A DNA stretch of 64,000 nucleotides from Utricularia gibba (lineage: Eukaryota > Plantae > Magnoliophyta). The translations under genes were made by a program, and so were the position numbers. This document shows, in pieces, positions 59,911 through 64,000 of the stretch. The stretch is taken from NCBI GenBank assembly GCA_002189035.1, contig CM007991.1, forward strand, positions 2,604,001-2,668,000. Direction: 5' to 3'. Numbering within the stretch: the first letter of the stretch is position 1; every line of letters begins with the position of its first letter. The notes beneath the pieces are model-generated. The model ran no database searches, was not told where the DNA came from, and saw nothing but the letters and a program-made list of their open reading frames with translations.

Positions 59911-62548
59911 ATGGATTTCAGCTCGTTCTTGACGTCCTTAGCGACGTCCTTTGTGATTTTCGTGCTGCTGATGATTCTCTTCGCTTGGCTGTCAAGTCGG
60001 CCGGCGAACGAGGTGATTTACTACCCCAACCGGATTCTGAAAGGTCTGGATCCGTTTGAAGGGACGAGGAGGACGAGGAACCCGTTTTCGTGGATCCGAG
60101 AGGCCGTCACTTCCACCGAAGCGGATGTTATCAGAATCTCCGGCGTCGATTCTGCGGTCTACTTCGTCTTCCTCACAACTGGTGAGTGGATCCCTGTTCG
60201 AATCTCAGTGATCCGTGTTTTACCAGGGGAGTAATTCTGGATCTGGGGATGTTTTTTTTTTTTTTTTCTCTGGTCCAGTTTTGGGAATATTCGCCTTGTC
60301 TGCGGCTGTTCTCCTCCCTGTTCTCCTGCCCCTCGCCGCCACTGCTCACGGCAGCGTGAAGACCAACGGCACCACCAGCCAAGGAACATTCAATGATCTA
60401 GACAGGCTTTCCATGGGTCACGTTGAGGTCAGTGCTCCCATCTCTCTATTCATCAGCAAAGCATGAAAACTGATGAAGGTATTAGCCTTTTTTTTTTATC
60501 CTGTTTGATTTTGTAACAGGAGAACAGCCCACGTTTATGGGCATTTCTAGGAGCTACATACTGGGTGTCGTTCATCACCTTCTTGCTTCTGTGGAAAGCT
60601 TACAAGCATGTCTCTTGGCTGAGAGCTGAAGCTCTCATGTCTCCTGAGTTCAAAGATGAGCAGTTTGCAGTGCTGGTTCGTGATCTTCCGGCTGCCACCG
60701 GTGGCCAGACGAGGAAGGAGCAGGTGGATTCATACTTCAAAGCCATCTATGGAGATTCCTTTTACAGATCTCTGATTGTCACAGATAATAAGAAGGTGGG
60801 GGCACTTGGTTGGTGTTCACTGGTTTCTTGTTCCGCAACGCTTGATAGGTAGCTTATCTGTTGGAGTTGTATCAGGTGAACGAGATTTACGAAGAACTGG
60901 AGGGCTACAGGAAGAAGCTTTCCAGAGCTGAATACATCTATGAAACGTCCAAGACAACTGCAAATCCTAATGGAGTACGTCCAACTCTGAGAACTGGCTT
61001 TCTTGGTCTTATCGGTGAGAAGGTTGATTCCATAGAGTACTTTGATCAAAAGATAAGGGACCTGATTCCAAAGCTAGAAGCTGAGCAGAAACTCACTTTG
61101 AAAGATAACCAGCAACCTGCTGCAATCATCTTTTTCACAAACAGGGTAACCGCAGCTGCAGCTTCACAGAGTTTACATGATAAAATAGTTGATTCATGGA
61201 CAGTCATGGATGCTCCAGAGCCCCGCCAGATAATATGGACCAACCTTCCCAAGAAGTACTATGAAAGAAAGATTCGCCAATGCATCATCTTCATCGTTGT
61301 GTTTCTGACGATTTTCTTCTTCACGATCCCTATTGGATTCATCTCTGCATTGACTACCCTGGATAACTTGAAAAAGATTTTCAAGTTCCTGAAACCAATC
61401 GTTGATATACCAGCAGTCAGGACAGTTCTTGAAGCTTACTTGCCACAGCTTGCGCTTATTGTGTTTCTTGCTTTACTTCCTTCCTTGCTGTTGTTCCTCT
61501 CTAAGCAAGAAGGAATACCGTCAATAAGCCATGCCCAGAGAGCTGCCGCGGGGAAGTACTACTATTTTTCAGTTCTGAATGTGTTCATCGGTGTTACCTT
61601 AGGTTCGACACTGTTTTCAACATTCAAGGAGCTCCAAAACGACCCCAATTCTATTGTAACCCTTTTGGCGAACAGCCTTCCTGGAGGTGCTACTTTCTTC
61701 ATCACCTTCGTAGCTTTGAAGTAAGTTCACAGGTTCCTGAACCATTCCTTGTCATGTTTGTTTCATCTCCATTGACTGACGGATGATGTGCTGCTTTGCC
61801 GCAGGTTCTTTGTTGGCTACGGACTCGAACTATCCCGAATAGTTCCACTTATCATCTTCAATCTGAAGAAGAAGTACCTATGCAAGACTGAAGCAGAGAT
61901 CAAGGAAGCTTGGGCCCCTGGAGATTTGGGATACGCGACCAGGATTCCTACCGACATGCTTGTTGTCACCATTGTACTCTGTTACTCCGTGATATCCCCC
62001 CTGATTCTTGCATTCGGCGTCGCGTACGTCGGATTGGGATGGCTCCTTCTCCGTAACCAGGCAATGTTTCTGAAAACTCAAACTCACTTTATCGGCAAAT
62101 CAATTTTTCCCTAGAATTCAGCAATTTGATCATCATCAGGTTTGATTTACAGGTGCTCAAAGTGTATGTTCCTTCATACGAGAGCTTCGGGAGGATGTGG
62201 CCGCACCTTTTCATTCGCGTGGTAGCATCGCTGATCCTCTACCAGTTAACGATGATCGGATACTTCGGCGTGAAGAAATTCTACTACACTCCGATTCTGT
62301 TCCCCCTCCCGATTCTCTCCATCATCTTCATCGTGGTGTGTAAGAAGAAATTCTACCGCTTCTTCCGGTCGACTGCGCTGGAAGTGGCGAGCCGGGAACT
62401 GAAGGAACAGCCGAACATGAGCTCCGTTTTCCGGTCGTTCGTGCCTCCGAGCCTGAGATCCGAGAAGGTTCTGGAGGAGGAGGAGGAGCGCTTCGAGGAT
62501 GCCCTTTCAACATCTCAAGTTCCTTCCAGGGCAGACGCGGTAGTTTGA
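59911..62548 (+). CDS. ERD4: OSCA/CSC1 mechanosensitive channel ERD4 (OSCA3.1), 6 exons
   Basis: MDFSSFLTSLATSFVIF, IYYPNRILKG, EQFAVLVRD, APEPRQIIWTNL, ATFFITFVALK|FFVGYGLELSRIVPL, YVPSYESFGRMWPH. The intron at 62061-62152 has a GC donor. Confidence 0.95.
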
Positions 62549-62911
62549 TTCCAGCTCCTTTGTGTTCGTCGCGCCGTGCGTCTCATGTGTATTTTAGGAA
62601 AGTGTTCGTTACCATCCATTTCTTTTTTAAGGCCATGTCTGGGTTGCCCTTATTCTATATTTGGAAAAATATCCCAGATGCAAAACGTAAAGCAGCACTA
62701 AAGAATCATTTCACGGCAAACAAAACGTTGGGTTTCTCTTTATGCGCCGCTTGATTTTCGTTTAATTGCTCAGATTCGTCTTCACTCCATTTACTGGGTT
62801 CCTTGAACGCAGGCGTCCGTCCTCCTCTGAACGTGTGTCTGCATGGAGAAGATGGTAATTTGGGTTGCAGAAGGAAGCAGTGCCAGTGATTCCCGCCATT
62901 CATTGATCAAC

Positions 62912-63621
62912 ATGAGAAGCAAGATTCTGATTTTTCTGGGCTCTTCGTTTTTCCGCTTTCTTATGGGTACTTGTGCCGTTCAGCTAGATTCTTTTCACTT
63001 GATCGTAAGTGATTACTTTTGTTTCTTTCGGTGCTTTGGCAGTGATGGCTGCCGACGCGTCAATCCCACTCGCGACCCTGTCTCCGCCGGAGGGGAACAC
63101 CACGTTCCTGGGGGGTGAGACGTGGTGCGTGGCTCGGCCCGCGTCGCCGCCGGCTGAGCTTCAGGCCGCCCTCGACTGGGCGTGCGGCCCCGGGCGCGCT
63201 GATTGCCGACCCATCCAACCTGGCGGCGCGTGCTTCGAGCCCGAGTCTCTGGTCTCCCACGCGTCTTACGCTTTCAACAGCTACTACCAACAAAACGGCA
63301 ACAACGACGTCGCCTGCTACTTCGGCGGCACTGCTGCTCTAACTCGCCGCGATCCCAGTACTGAATCAAACAGACATATTTCAATTCTGAAACCAGTCTC
63401 ATATCGCTCTATTTGTGCTGACATTTGGTTGCTTCAGGCTACCAGGACTGCGACTTCGCCTCATCGATGTGAGCTACAAACTGTGTACATGCCTGGAATT
63501 CCATCAAGATGATTCCGTTGCGCTGAATTGAATGAATGACAGGTCGGAGGTGTCGGGATCGAGGAGGCTCCGGAGATGGAGGCTACTGGGCGTAATGTGC
63601 TTTGCTCCCCTGCTGGTTTAA
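62912..63621 (+). CDS. X8-domain (callose-binding, PDCB5-like) protein, probably GPI-anchored, 4 exons
   Basis: Signal exon 62912-62966, EGNTTFLGGETWCVARP..LQAALDWACGPGRADC..SHASYAFNSYYQ..ACYFGGTA, and a hydrophobic C-terminal tail. Confidence 0.88.
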
Positions 63622-64000
63622 GAATCTATCTGACACTGTCGTGGAATATCATCTGCGATTCCGTATACCCCACATAATCCGCAGTTTTGTTCCCAACAGG
63701 GAAAAAGAAATGTGAGGAAAGATCGTTTTTCGATTTTCTTGACTCGAGAAGGATTATACCATTTCGATTTGCGTTTGATTCTTCTTCGACTTCCCTCTTC
63801 GAGATTGCGTGCGTAGGATGGTAGTCGCGTGTGTAGTGCCTCGCCATTTATCGATGAATCGGCTGGCGGCGGCGCAAGCCACCATTCGTTTCTCCCTCTT
63901 CTCCTGCGTTATCTTGGCGGCAGAGTGTTGGAATCTTCCGGTGGTCCTAACCCCTAACACAGCGATTAGGGTACTAAAAACAACTGGGTTTGTTTGTTTG

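Noticed and set aside
9026-63512. Numerous 60-240 aa antisense or alternate-frame ORFs over real genes (e.g. 9463-10005, 17761-18336, 40751-41311, 51639-52358, 58310-58744)
   Set aside because: They are shadow ORFs of GC-rich coding sequence, with no recognisable motifs and often TTG/GTG starts.
63626-64000. Minus-strand ORF fragments at the window end
   Set aside because: They may be the 3' end of a gene outside the window but cannot be identified from what is visible.
1-64000. CRISPR arrays, rRNA, intact tRNA, known MIRNA precursors, and transposase or retroelement ORFs
   Set aside because: None were seen. The only miRNA-like match (47411-47431) is the miR319 target site inside the TCP2 CDS, not a precursor.

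Overview
Plant (eudicot) nuclear DNA, very gene-dense: about 26 protein-coding genes and 3 degenerate loci in 64 kb. Most introns are short (about 65-110 nt), several intergenic gaps are under 400 bp, and no recognisable transposon is present. This is consistent with a miniature genome such as Lentibulariaceae (inference only). Gene order: TRM, PRD3/PAIR1, CYP86A, ORC5, UBC4/5/6, kinase-less malectin-like protein, BPS1-like, polygalacturonase, two Gly/Cys-rich secreted-protein copies, CASPL1F, CER2-like BAHD, SUN1/2, C2H2-EAR zinc finger, AMS, THO1, DUF1365, JAZ7/8, glycolate oxidase relic, LRR-RLP, F-box relic, TCP2, mitochondrial RPL14, CC-type glutaredoxin, a conserved unknown protein, SPS/GPS1, LWD1, ERD4/OSCA3.1 and an X8/PDCB protein. 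Three things stand out. (1) Two pseudogenes decayed by deletion are invisible in the ORF track: a glycolate oxidase and an At4g18380-type F-box. (2) Six introns appear to require GC-AG splicing, out of roughly 85. (3) Eleven single-base deletions, mostly in G/C runs, break otherwise conserved genes; these are most likely long-read assembly errors. I found no convincing wholly new biological system. All gene models and family assignments were made by eye and from recalled homolog sequences, not from database searches.
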